A stretch of 26,120 nucleotides of DNA. It comes from a virus. Lineage: Duplodnaviria; Heunggongvirae; Uroviricota; Caudoviricetes. The translations under genes and the position numbers were made by a program. Below, piece after piece: positions 1 to 8,194 of the stretch (positions are counted from its first letter, which is position 1; the number at the start of each line of letters is the position of its first letter). The notes beneath the pieces were generated by a model, which had not been told where the DNA came from, ran no database searches, and worked only from the letters and a program-made list of their open reading frames with translations. Location: the IMG/VR virus record IMGVR_UViG_3300025769_000070. The stretch is one strand, 5' to 3'.

Positions 1-2
1 AA

Positions 3-170
3 ATGAGTGACGACAGATGGATAACTCTTTATGACAAAGAAAAGAATCCAACCTTGTATGTAAGACTTACAGAAGATGGATATGAAAAATATAAAGCAGG
101 AGAGAAATGGGATCACCGCTGGATTGATATTATGATGGATATTAACAGTATAAAACTCGCAGAGTTTTGA
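3..170 (+). CDS. small hypothetical protein (55 aa, below ORF-track cutoff; may start upstream of the window)
   Basis: ATG at 3, open frame MSDDRWITLYDKEKNPTLYVRL...KLAEF to TGA 168-170, followed directly by the AGGAG ribosome-binding site of the next gene. Confidence 0.55.
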   Translation: MSDDRWITLYDKEKNPTLYVRLTEDGYEKYKAGEKWDHRWIDIMMDINSIKLAEF

Positions 171-182
171 AGGAGTTGACAA

Positions 183-548
183 ATGACTGATAAATCAGAG
201 AGTAGAGAAGGTTGGTACGGTTATGCTACTTTCGGATACAGCGATCAAGATAAAGAAAATAGAATCAAGAAAAAATTACAAGACTTATTAGACTCATTGA
301 AATGGAATACTTGGAATAGATGGAGTGATCCAGACTTAAACGACGTATACAGCAATGGAATGACCGGAGAGGTTGCGTCTTTTCATGACTGCGTTTATGA
401 AGCAATCAATCAGTCATACGAGATTGAGCAACTGCGGGATATCTTCTTTTCTTTACCAGAAGATCTTATTCTAATTGCCAATGAATGGGGCTTGTCAGAT
501 ACAGAATTTAGAGAGGCGGTATATTCACACTTATGTCAGAATTCATAA
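183..548 (+). CDS. hypothetical phage protein
   Basis: 121-aa ORF, AGGAG at 171-175, tightly packed with neighbours. Confidence 0.7.
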   Translation: MTDKSESREGWYGYATFGYSDQDKENRIKKKLQDLLDSLKWNTWNRWSDPDLNDVYSNGMTGEVASFHDCVYEAINQSYEIEQLRDIFFSLPEDLILIANEWGLSDTEFREAVYSHLCQNS

Positions 549-871
549 TCGACACTGGTAAAACCAGAACAGAACCAATTGATTATAGCTGGAGAAACCA
601 ACCCGGAGCGGGATGCCTCGGAGCTATTGATTGTAAAGAATGTGGATGTATCATGGCTGCTCAGGGTAGTCACTGTTTCTGTATGGGTATTTATACCTGC
701 CCAAGATGTGGTTATGAGTCTAAAGGATGGGTTCATAATATTCGTGGGTTCAAGAATGGTAGTCCAATTTATGATGATCCCGTTGATATTGATTCAGCGA
801 CCTTTGAGAAAATCAAAACTGGATTTAAAGTTGTTGACTTTGCTCCAACAGGTGTTCGGAAATATCTTTGA
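533..871 (+). CDS. hypothetical protein with CxxC zinc-binding motifs
   Basis: CKECGC and CPRCG motifs; overlaps the upstream stop. Confidence 0.65.
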   Translation: MSEFIIDTGKTRTEPIDYSWRNQPGAGCLGAIDCKECGCIMAAQGSHCFCMGIYTCPRCGYESKGWVHNIRGFKNGSPIYDDPVDIDSATFEKIKTGFKVVDFAPTGVRKYL

Positions 872-883
872 AGGAGTTTACAA

Positions 884-1090
884 ATGAGTTCTGACGAACA
901 AATCGAAAACGCAGTAGATCAAATAGGCAAATCATTTAGTTTAACCGTTACTGAGAGAATCAATACTCAGCCAGGGTTTAGAAGAGAAATTCTAAGGCAG
1001 GTTATTGAATGTGTTGAATCTGACGATCTTTTAGTTGCTAAAAAAATGCTTGACCAAGTTCTTGAAGCTGATGAAGGAATTGATAGATGA
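884..1090 (+). CDS. hypothetical protein
   Basis: 68 aa, AGGAG upstream, ATGA overlap with next ORF. Confidence 0.65.
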   Translation: MSSDEQIENAVDQIGKSFSLTVTERINTQPGFRREILRQVIECVESDDLLVAKKMLDQVLEADEGIDR

Positions 1091-1428
1091 GCCGTGAGAT
1101 TAAATTTAGGGCATATTGCGGATTTGATAAAACTTGGCACTACTGGGATGTCTATGGCGAGTACCCACAGGGTATTTATGGTGGACTGAGCGAGCCGCAA
1201 CAATACACCGGCATTAAAGACAGAAACGGTAAAGAGATCTATGAGGGCGATATAGTTAAATGTGAGCCAGCTTGGTTTTATCAGTTTGAACATAGTGGAG
1301 AGATATATTTCTCAGAAGAACGTTCTGGCTTTTTTTATAAAAATGATGAGAAGAATATAAATTGGAATATAAATAATACTTTTGAGTGTGAAGTGATCGG
1401 GAATATATATGAGAAAGGGGTATCATGA
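1087..1428 (+). CDS. YopX-family phage protein
   Basis: N-terminal MSREIKFRAY, QYTGIKDRNGKEIYEGDIV and C-terminal EVIGNIYE, all characteristic of YopX. Confidence 0.9.
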   Translation: MSREIKFRAYCGFDKTWHYWDVYGEYPQGIYGGLSEPQQYTGIKDRNGKEIYEGDIVKCEPAWFYQFEHSGEIYFSEERSGFFYKNDEKNINWNINNTFECEVIGNIYEKGVS

Positions 1429-2054
1429 GAGTATTAGTTGGATGTGAATTTTCCGGAATAGTCCGCAACGCCTTTTCTGCCCGTGGTCATGACGCTTGGT
1501 CTTGTGATATATTGCCCACAGAGAGTGAAGGCAATCATTATCAAATGGACATATTCGAATTGTTAGAGCAAACTTCTGGCGATTGGGATTTGGCTGTGTT
1601 CCATCCTACCTGCACGTTTCTCACAAATGCGGGGGTCCGATGGCTCTATAAAAAAGGAGTTAAGACAAATGGTAGAGACGAAACCCGATGGGAGAATATG
1701 AGAAAAGGCGGGGAGTTTTTTCAGAAATTAAGAGACTGCGGAATTCCCCGTATTGCTCTTGAAAATCCCGTCCCACACTCCTATGCTTTAGAATACATGG
1801 GTCCGTACTCTCAGATAATCCAACCTTGGCAATTCGGACACACAGAGAATAAGAAAACTGCCCTTTGGTTGTTTGGCCTTCCTCTTTTACGAGAAACCAA
1901 CAATGTTAAGTATCTTATGAAAAATATGTTAAAAAAAGATACTGATAAAACACATTATATGAGTCCTGGTAAAGATAGGGGGAAAAGACGATCTATTTTT
2001 TTTAAGGGTATTGGTGAAGCAATGGCGGATCAGTGGGGCAGGACTAATGAATAG
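1425..2054 (+). CDS. phage DNA cytosine-5 methyltransferase-like protein
   Basis: MRVLVGCEFSG (motif I-like), AWSCDI, FHPTC (motif IV-like catalytic Cys), ALENPV (motif VI-like). Confidence 0.65.
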   Translation: MRVLVGCEFSGIVRNAFSARGHDAWSCDILPTESEGNHYQMDIFELLEQTSGDWDLAVFHPTCTFLTNAGVRWLYKKGVKTNGRDETRWENMRKGGEFFQKLRDCGIPRIALENPVPHSYALEYMGPYSQIIQPWQFGHTENKKTALWLFGLPLLRETNNVKYLMKNMLKKDTDKTHYMSPGKDRGKRRSIFFKGIGEAMADQWGRTNE

Positions 2055-2226
2055 CTTACAGTTACGCGAACAGTTAGTCTTGCAGTTACACTCGCAGTTA
2101 TACTGGCAGTTACTCTGGCAGTTGAACTCGCAGTTACACTCGCAGTTACACTCGCAGTTATACCGGCGGTTATACTCGCAGTTACACTCGCAGTTATACT
2201 CGCAGTTGGATAGAGATAGTGAATAG
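2047..2226 (+). CDS. 59-aa tetrapeptide-repeat (S/W-Q-L-x) microprotein, copy 1
   Basis: ATG 2047 overlaps the upstream stop; MNSLQL...SQLDRDSE; Leu every 4th residue from 6 to 54. Confidence 0.55.
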   Translation: MNSLQLREQLVLQLHSQLYWQLLWQLNSQLHSQLHSQLYRRLYSQLHSQLYSQLDRDSE

Positions 2227-2398
2227 CTCGCACTTAAACTCGCAGTTTCACTCGCAGTTATACTCGCAGTTTCACTCGCAGTTAGACTTGAAGTTATACT
2301 CGCATTTAAGCTCGCAGTTACACTGGCAGTTACACTGGCAGTTATACTTGCAGCTAAACTCGCAGCTAAACTCGCAGTTGGAGAAAGGTAGTGAATAG
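2219..2398 (+). CDS. 59-aa tetrapeptide-repeat microprotein, copy 2 (not in ORF track)
   Basis: GTG 2219, open to TAG 2396-2398; MNSSHLNSQFHSQL...SQLEKGSE; same length and same GTGAATAG start/stop overlap geometry as copy 1. Confidence 0.55.
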   Translation: MNSSHLNSQFHSQLYSQFHSQLDLKLYSHLSSQLHWQLHWQLYLQLNSQLNSQLEKGSE

Positions 2399-2594
2399 TC
2401 GGCAGTTAGAATCGTATTTATACATTTATTTTCACTGGCAGTTATATCCGTCGTTATGCTTATGTTTAGACTCTGAATTAAACTGGCGGTTAAGATCTAA
2501 GTTATACTCCTATATGCCCTCTCAGTTACAATCGCAGTTACGCTTGCGATTGGAGAGATTATATGATTTAGACCTTCCTATTCAAGATAAATGA
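2391..2594 (+). CDS. 67-aa diverged tetrapeptide-repeat microprotein, copy 3
   Basis: GTG 2391, MNSRQL..., hydrophobic residue every 4th position largely retained. Confidence 0.55.
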   Translation: MNSRQLESYLYIYFHWQLYPSLCLCLDSELNWRLRSKLYSYMPSQLQSQLRLRLERLYDLDLPIQDK

Positions 2595-2603
2595 AAGTAA
2601 CTT

Positions 2604-2711
2604 ATGTCATCTATATATAAAATTGAGTATCTAGGTCGTGAAAATACTATAGATATTGAAATAGATTCAAAAGATCATATTTTTTACGCTAATGGAATAC
2701 CTACATCTAAT
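2604..2711 (+). mobile_element. split intein C-terminal fragment (IntC, 36 aa)
   Basis: MSSIYKIEYLGRENTIDIEIDSKDHIFYANGIPTSN|S matches intein blocks F/G with terminal Asn and +1 Ser; in-frame TAA at 2598-2600 excludes a contiguous N part. Confidence 0.88.
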
Positions 2712-3719
2712 TCTCATGCAGTAAGTTATGCTTACATGGCCTATTGGTCAGCTTACTTAAAAGCAAACCATCCATTAAGCTTCTATCTCAACTGGCTGGT
2801 AAACGCTAAGGAGAAAATGGATTCTGACCGTGAGACATATGAATTAGTAGAAAGTGCTAAACTTGATAATATCCCGATAAGAATTCCATCTATTGAATAT
2901 ATGAATGAGACCTATTCGATTCAAAATAGTGCTATTTATTTTGGGGTTACCAATGTAAAGAATGTGGGGCAGAATGAATTCAGAAAAATGGATAGGCTGA
3001 TAAAAGAACAAGGCCAGGAAGTGACGCAAAATTGGATGTCTATTCTAGTTCGTGTATTATCGAAAGTAAACAAGCGTTCGGTAAATAATCTAATTTCAGT
3101 TGGAATGTTTTCTAAATATAAGAAAAGTCGATCTGAAATGCTTCATGAATATTCTTGTATTAAAGAGTTAACAGCAAAAGAGTTAGAGAAGCTGACTGAG
3201 ACATATGATTCTGAGTTATCATTAAAGCAAAACCTTCTAAAAATTAATCAACTAAAAAAGAATGGCGGTGCGATTTCAAGTGAGAAGAGACAAGTTGTAT
3301 TTAATAGTATCATTGATAGGTTAGATAATCCTGGGCGAGATTTAAAAGATACACCATTAACAATTTGTTTAGCTGAAGAAAATCTTTTAGGCGTACCTCT
3401 TACATATTCAAAGACAGACGCATGTCGTGATGCGTCCAGTGCCAACGCTCGCTGTAAAGATATTGCGGATGGCAAATTAGGACGCAGCATATTGGCTGTA
3501 GAAATAGTAAAATATAATGAGCATAAAACAAAAAATGAAACTTTAATGGCTTTTCTCACAGTAAGGGACGAATCTATGGAATTAGAGAATGTTGTTGTTT
3601 TCCCTGACATTTATGAAGAATACGGGGATATAATCTATGAAGCGGCCACTGTACTCCTGTTTGGCGAAAAGGCTAAAGATAGAGATTCCTTTATTGTGAG
3701 TGAGATTATTCAAATATGA
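2604..3719 (+). CDS. dnaE: DNA polymerase III alpha subunit, C-terminal half, fused to a split-intein C fragment
   Basis: extein begins SHAVSYAYMAYWSAYLKANHP (DnaE FNKSH...AYLKxHYP region); IYFGVTNVKNVG helix-hairpin-helix; C-terminal OB fold MAFLTVRD...VVFPDIY; PHP and catalytic palm domains absent. Confidence 0.92.
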   Translation: MSSIYKIEYLGRENTIDIEIDSKDHIFYANGIPTSNSHAVSYAYMAYWSAYLKANHPLSFYLNWLVNAKEKMDSDRETYELVESAKLDNIPIRIPSIEYMNETYSIQNSAIYFGVTNVKNVGQNEFRKMDRLIKEQGQEVTQNWMSILVRVLSKVNKRSVNNLISVGMFSKYKKSRSEMLHEYSCIKELTAKELEKLTETYDSELSLKQNLLKINQLKKNGGAISSEKRQVVFNSIIDRLDNPGRDLKDTPLTICLAEENLLGVPLTYSKTDACRDASSANARCKDIADGKLGRSILAVEIVKYNEHKTKNETLMAFLTVRDESMELENVVVFPDIYEEYGDIIYEAATVLLFGEKAKDRDSFIVSEIIQI

Positions 3720-3988
3720 GCGAAACATTTGCGGAATACTTAGAAGTTGGACTGTTAAAAGAATCAGATTGTTATAAAAAAATTCTTTTAGATGGCTGTA
3801 TAGTGAAAAAAGGGGATGCAGAGATTAGTGATCTACGTTTTTTTATGAAAAAATATAGAAATGAGACATCTCCGAAACTTCAAGTATATAAGTCCAATTT
3901 GAATGGAAAGGAATTCATTAAGGACTTTTATAACTTCGATGAAGCTATTAATTGCTTTCGTAGCCTGATAAATGGGGTGGTTGCATGA
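3716..3988 (+). CDS. hypothetical protein
   Basis: 90 aa, ATGA overlaps at both ends. Confidence 0.7.
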   Translation: MSETFAEYLEVGLLKESDCYKKILLDGCIVKKGDAEISDLRFFMKKYRNETSPKLQVYKSNLNGKEFIKDFYNFDEAINCFRSLINGVVA

Positions 3989-4287
3989 ACGTTTGTACTT
4001 TTATTGGGAAAATTACTGATCCTTTATCCTTAGAAGAGGAACAAAATACTCAAGTTTTAAGATTTAAGATGATGGTTGAGCAGACAAGAAATATTCGAGG
4101 TGGTCGAAAAATAACTGATAAAAACATATTATTTTTTGAGGCTTGGGACTCTGGAGCTAAAACAATATTTGATAATTGTCACATAGGTGATGAACTTGTA
4201 GTAGAGACTACTGCTAGGAGTAATGCGGGAAAAATAATTTTTCGTATTAATCAATTCAGGGCTATTAATAAAGGTCAGACTGTATGA
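3985..4287 (+). CDS. single-stranded DNA-binding (SSB/OB-fold)-like protein
   Basis: MNVCTFIGKIT..., FEAWDSGAKTI...IGDELVVE resemble the SSB OB fold; no acidic tail. Confidence 0.65.
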   Translation: MNVCTFIGKITDPLSLEEEQNTQVLRFKMMVEQTRNIRGGRKITDKNILFFEAWDSGAKTIFDNCHIGDELVVETTARSNAGKIIFRINQFRAINKGQTV

Positions 4288-4736
4288 TAAAATCAGAAGA
4301 AGACCTGATAAAAGAAAATTACGGACTTGCCATATCTTTAGCTAAAAAGTTCTACAAAAAGAATAGCCTTTATTCTTTTGAAGATTTAGTTCAAATTGGT
4401 TTAATAGCTATGGTAAAAGCTCACAGACAATATAATTCTGACAAAAGCGTCTTTTCAACTTTTGCTACATATTGCATAAGAAACGATTTGATAAAGTTTG
4501 TTAAGAGAAATAGGAATGATTTAAATGTAGATCTTGTTAATTCTCCTATTGAAGAAAAATTTGATTTAGATGAAATTACTCCTGCTAACTTAACAGTTTT
4601 AGAAGCCGGAGTTTTTTATTATAAAAAGTCTGGTTATAAGGATGTAGAGATCCGTAGGATTCTAGACTTAACGCCTAATGATTTCAAAAATATCACAAAA
4701 TCCTGCTTTAAGAAAATAGTTAGAGCCAATGCGTAG
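4284..4736 (+). CDS. sigma-70-family RNA polymerase sigma factor (small, phage type)
   Basis: region 2 motifs ENYGLAISLAKKF, EDLVQIGLIAMVKA, FSTFATYCIRN; C-terminal HTH-like segment. Confidence 0.85.
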   Translation: MIKSEEDLIKENYGLAISLAKKFYKKNSLYSFEDLVQIGLIAMVKAHRQYNSDKSVFSTFATYCIRNDLIKFVKRNRNDLNVDLVNSPIEEKFDLDEITPANLTVLEAGVFYYKKSGYKDVEIRRILDLTPNDFKNITKSCFKKIVRANA

Positions 4737-6369
4737 AAAAAGAATTTTATTTGTCTCCGAAGCTAGTTACTTAAATACTGGCTATGCTACATATAGTCGA
4801 GAAGTTATATCAAGGTTGCAAGCAACTGGAAAATATGACCTTGCAGAATTTTCTATTTATGGTACTGAGGATCATAAAGAGAGGAGTTCTATCCCCTGGA
4901 AGAACTACCCGAATATGCCAAATGGTAGTTCACAGGAACAGCAAGAAGATTATAAGAGCGATGGAGCTAATCAGTTCGGAAAATGGCGTTTCGAAAGAGT
5001 TTGTATAGATTTCAAACCTGATCATATTTGTTCAATAAGAGATTGGTGGATGGATTCTTATATTCAGCATTCACCTTTAAGAAAGTACTTTAACTGGATC
5101 TATATGCCTACTGTAGATGCCAGCCCTCAAAATGAAGAATGGATTGATACATTTTCTAGTGCTGACACTGTTCTAACATATTCTGATTGGGCTGTAGATG
5201 TTCTAAAAAATGCAAATCCTAATATGAACGTTAAACGTTCCGCCACACCATCTGCTTCTGAAGAATTCAAACCAGTGCTCGATAAGAATGCCCATAAAGT
5301 CAAAATGGGTATTAACCCGGATTGGAAAATTATTGGCACAGTCATGAGGAATCAACGTCGGAAATTATTCCCCGAATTATTTGAAGCTTTCGGTAAGTAC
5401 TTAAAAGAGACAGGTGAAAAAAATACCTATCTTTACTGCCATACTTCTTACCCTGATAATGGTTGGGATATTCCTAAGTACCTAATTGATAGTGAGATTA
5501 TATCAAGGGTATTATTTACGTATGTTTGTGGAAATTGTAATAATGTGTCGTATAGTCATTTTGCAGATACGGTCCAGCCTTGTCCTACTTGTGGACAGTT
5601 CTCATCTAAATTAAGTAGCGTATCTTCTGGTGTTAGCAGAAGTGTATTATCTAATATTTACAATATCTTTGATGTTTATATCCAGCCAGCATCATCTGAA
5701 GGATTTGGTATTCCTGTCGTAGAGGCAGCAGCCTGCGGAATTCCAGTCATGGGAACAGACTATTCGGCAATGGAGACCGAGATTAGAAAACTTAATGGAT
5801 ATCCTATCAAAGTTAGATCTAAACATTTAGAAATGGAGACGGGATGTGACAGGGCTTTACTTGACTTAGATCATACTGTAGAAATATGGAAAGAGCTATT
5901 AAATAAGCCTCAGTCTCTACGTATTCAAGATAGCTTAAAAACCAGGGAATCTTTCGAGAAGCACTATGGCTGGGACAAAACGGCAAAAGTCTGGGAAGAA
6001 GAAATAGACCTTTTAGATTTCTCTGACTGGACAGTAGAACCTATGATGGCAAATCCTACCGCTTTGCCTAATAAAGAAATGAATAATAAAGACTTTCTTG
6101 ATTTTTTGATTAATGTGACTCTGAACGAACCATCATTAGTTAATACATATCCTTTTAATAAACTTCTTAGAGATTTGAACTTTGGTATGTTCCGTAATAA
6201 TCCGGGAGGATTTTTCTATGGTGAACTTTCTATTTTTAATAGAGAAGAGTATAGACCTTTAAGTCGTGATCAAATTGTGGCGATGTTTACTGAAAAGGCC
6301 AAAAATAAAAACTTCTGGGAACAAGCCCGTTTAGGATTAATAAATTTTAAAACAGAAAGTTGGCTATGA
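4729..6369 (+). CDS. GT-B glycosyltransferase (GT4-like) with internal CxxC...CxxC insert
   Basis: DVYIQPASSEGFGIPVVEAAACGIPV signature; CGNC...CPTC insert. Confidence 0.85.
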   Translation: MRRKRILFVSEASYLNTGYATYSREVISRLQATGKYDLAEFSIYGTEDHKERSSIPWKNYPNMPNGSSQEQQEDYKSDGANQFGKWRFERVCIDFKPDHICSIRDWWMDSYIQHSPLRKYFNWIYMPTVDASPQNEEWIDTFSSADTVLTYSDWAVDVLKNANPNMNVKRSATPSASEEFKPVLDKNAHKVKMGINPDWKIIGTVMRNQRRKLFPELFEAFGKYLKETGEKNTYLYCHTSYPDNGWDIPKYLIDSEIISRVLFTYVCGNCNNVSYSHFADTVQPCPTCGQFSSKLSSVSSGVSRSVLSNIYNIFDVYIQPASSEGFGIPVVEAAACGIPVMGTDYSAMETEIRKLNGYPIKVRSKHLEMETGCDRALLDLDHTVEIWKELLNKPQSLRIQDSLKTRESFEKHYGWDKTAKVWEEEIDLLDFSDWTVEPMMANPTALPNKEMNNKDFLDFLINVTLNEPSLVNTYPFNKLLRDLNFGMFRNNPGGFFYGELSIFNREEYRPLSRDQIVAMFTEKAKNKNFWEQARLGLINFKTESWL

Positions 6370-7055
6370 AAAGTTTTGGGATGTCTTGTAATGGCTGCTC
6401 TTTTGAAAATGGGACAGATTGTTCTATTGGAATTCTAGATAATATAAAGTTAGAATCAAATATTTGTCAAATAGTTGACGGTCATTATCAATTTGACAGA
6501 ATTTGCCCTCATAAAAACAGTGAGAATCTAACTAAAGAGCAGTCTCTAGAAAAGAATAAGCTCCCCATTTCATTCATTATACTGGATAATGATCTAGAAA
6601 AGACAGAAGTCATTATTAATAACGTCCTCTCTTTTACAAAAGGAGAGAAGGTTTACAGTATTTGCGTCGTGACATTAGATAACTTTCAAAAATTGAAAGT
6701 TTTTTCTGACAAATATCATAATTTTTATGTATTAAGAAGTTTTAGCGAAAATAGAGAAGAACAGATTAGGGATGCATTTCTAAAAGTAAAAAATGGATAC
6801 TCAATTATTTTAGGTTCTGATGAGAATGTAGAACAGAAGCACTTAGAGTCTATTAATTGTTTTGTTAACGAAAAAATGAAAAGACTTGGGTTAATTTTAG
6901 ATTCTCCTATGGTCATTAATAACTCATTATTTCAATACCTCAAAGGAGATAAGGTTGTATCTTATCAAGAAAAGTTATCTCAAATGTGCGAAGAACAGAA
7001 AACAGTAAAAATGGTTCATAGCTGGGAGGATGTTAATGAAGCTGTCGGTATCTAA
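6360..7055 (+). CDS. hypothetical protein, Cys-rich N-terminus, possibly GT-A-fold derived
   Basis: CNGC..C..C..C N-terminus; ISFIIL beta strand; located in the glyco cluster. Confidence 0.6.
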   Translation: MAMKSFGMSCNGCSFENGTDCSIGILDNIKLESNICQIVDGHYQFDRICPHKNSENLTKEQSLEKNKLPISFIILDNDLEKTEVIINNVLSFTKGEKVYSICVVTLDNFQKLKVFSDKYHNFYVLRSFSENREEQIRDAFLKVKNGYSIILGSDENVEQKHLESINCFVNEKMKRLGLILDSPMVINNSLFQYLKGDKVVSYQEKLSQMCEEQKTVKMVHSWEDVNEAVGI

Positions 7056-7509
7056 AGAGTTGTCAGAAGATGAAGACGTAGACGAACTACTTAACATTCT
7101 AAATCCTAAAAAATCGGATGAAGTATTTATTAGTTTATTTAATACTTCTCTAGGTAATAAATTTGATGAAAAAGGTGTGATAAATGTAGGATTTGAAGAT
7201 AGGTTAAATGTAAAAAGTTTAGCTATCCAAGAGGCTATAAATAATCAATGTCATGCGTTTTTGTTTATCCCAAAAAATTGCGTTCCTATTCAAGGTATGG
7301 TAAATGCTTTGGTAGAACCAATGGATAAAGACGACAATGTATCTGTTACTTACAGCGACTTCTGTGTTGATGGTGTAGTCATGATACAAAGTATGCCTAT
7401 TTGCTTTTGTAGAAGATTAGAACCTAATATAGATGATCTATATGATATTTCAAAAACAAAAGGGATTATTAAGTATATACCAATAAGTTTGTATAATGTC
7501 AAACGATAA
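7030..7509 (+). CDS. hypothetical protein, possible GT2 remnant
   Basis: 159 aa; VSVTYSDF resembles a GT2 segment; start position uncertain. Confidence 0.55.
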   Translation: MLMKLSVSKELSEDEDVDELLNILNPKKSDEVFISLFNTSLGNKFDEKGVINVGFEDRLNVKSLAIQEAINNQCHAFLFIPKNCVPIQGMVNALVEPMDKDDNVSVTYSDFCVDGVVMIQSMPICFCRRLEPNIDDLYDISKTKGIIKYIPISLYNVKR

Positions 7510-8194
7510 GAATATTAGGTTTATAAAAAAAATAAAAGACAATAATCCATTAAATACTTTTATTCTACTTAATGCAGGTTGTGGACGTAGAACTAAAAAT
7601 TATGGAAATAAATGTCTAATGAATTATCGTGGGAAAAGAATAATCGATTCCCAAATAGATACTATTAATAAAGTATATGGAGATAAAGTAGATATTATTA
7701 ATGTCACTGGATATCTATCAGACAAAGTTATCAATGAAACGAGGAATATAAGGTCTGTTGAAAACTTAAGATACGATTCTACAAATATTGTAGAAAGCAT
7801 GAGAGTTGGTTTAAATGCCTCACTAGAAGGTAATGTATTTTTTATACATGGAGATATAGTATTTTCACCTTCTTTTATCAAACCTATAGACTACATTAAA
7901 ATTTCTGTGCCTATAGATAATAAGAATAAAATCAATAAAGACGAAGTCGGAGTAGCAATTCAGCAAGGAAAAGTCTGTAATTTCTCTTACGGGCTTAACG
8001 ATAAGTGGTGCCAAATAGTATTTTTCCCTAATAATTTTTTCTATGAATTAAGATCAATACTAAGCTCTGTAGACAAAAATATGACCACTTTTGAGTTTCT
8101 AAACTATTTAATAAATAGAGGATCTGATATAGTGCCTTTTACGCCAATTAGAGGTAATATAAAAGAAATAGATTCAATGAAAGACACTAAATGA
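7496..8194 (+). CDS. nucleotidyltransferase (NTP_transferase, LicC/MobA-like)
   Basis: FILLNAGCGRRTKNYGNKCL signature; FIHGDIVF. Confidence 0.8.
   Translation: MSNDKNIRFIKKIKDNNPLNTFILLNAGCGRRTKNYGNKCLMNYRGKRIIDSQIDTINKVYGDKVDIINVTGYLSDKVINETRNIRSVENLRYDSTNIVESMRVGLNASLEGNVFFIHGDIVFSPSFIKPIDYIKISVPIDNKNKINKDEVGVAIQQGKVCNFSYGLNDKWCQIVFFPNNFFYELRSILSSVDKNMTTFEFLNYLINRGSDIVPFTPIRGNIKEIDSMKDTK

Larger units (their letters stand above)
2047..2560 (+). repeat. nested tandem repeat: 12-bp units (consensus TCGCAGTTANAC) within three blocks at 172-bp period
   Basis: block starts at 2047, 2219 and 2391; many copies of CAGTTA(C/T)ACTCG. Confidence 0.95.

Noticed and set aside
579-887. Alternative-frame ORF overlapping 533-871
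   Set aside because: Fully overlaps a better ORF with zinc-binding motifs. Other short antisense or nested ORFs in the track were dismissed for the same reason.
2030-2233. Minus-strand TAS-repeat ORF
   Set aside because: Antisense shadow of the repeat; the + strand frames show start/stop coupling and match the local gene direction.
2047-2594. CRISPR array or diversity-generating retroelement TR/VR
   Set aside because: Units are contiguous 12-mers with no unique spacers. Substitutions affect C, T, A and G positions rather than adenines only, and no reverse transcriptase or cas gene is in the window.
2591-2620. Alternative ATG (MKVTYVIYI*) suggesting a frameshifted intein start
   Set aside because: Nine-codon ORF in another frame. 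The ATGA arises from AAA-TGA, and the 2604 ORF already gives a complete IntC.
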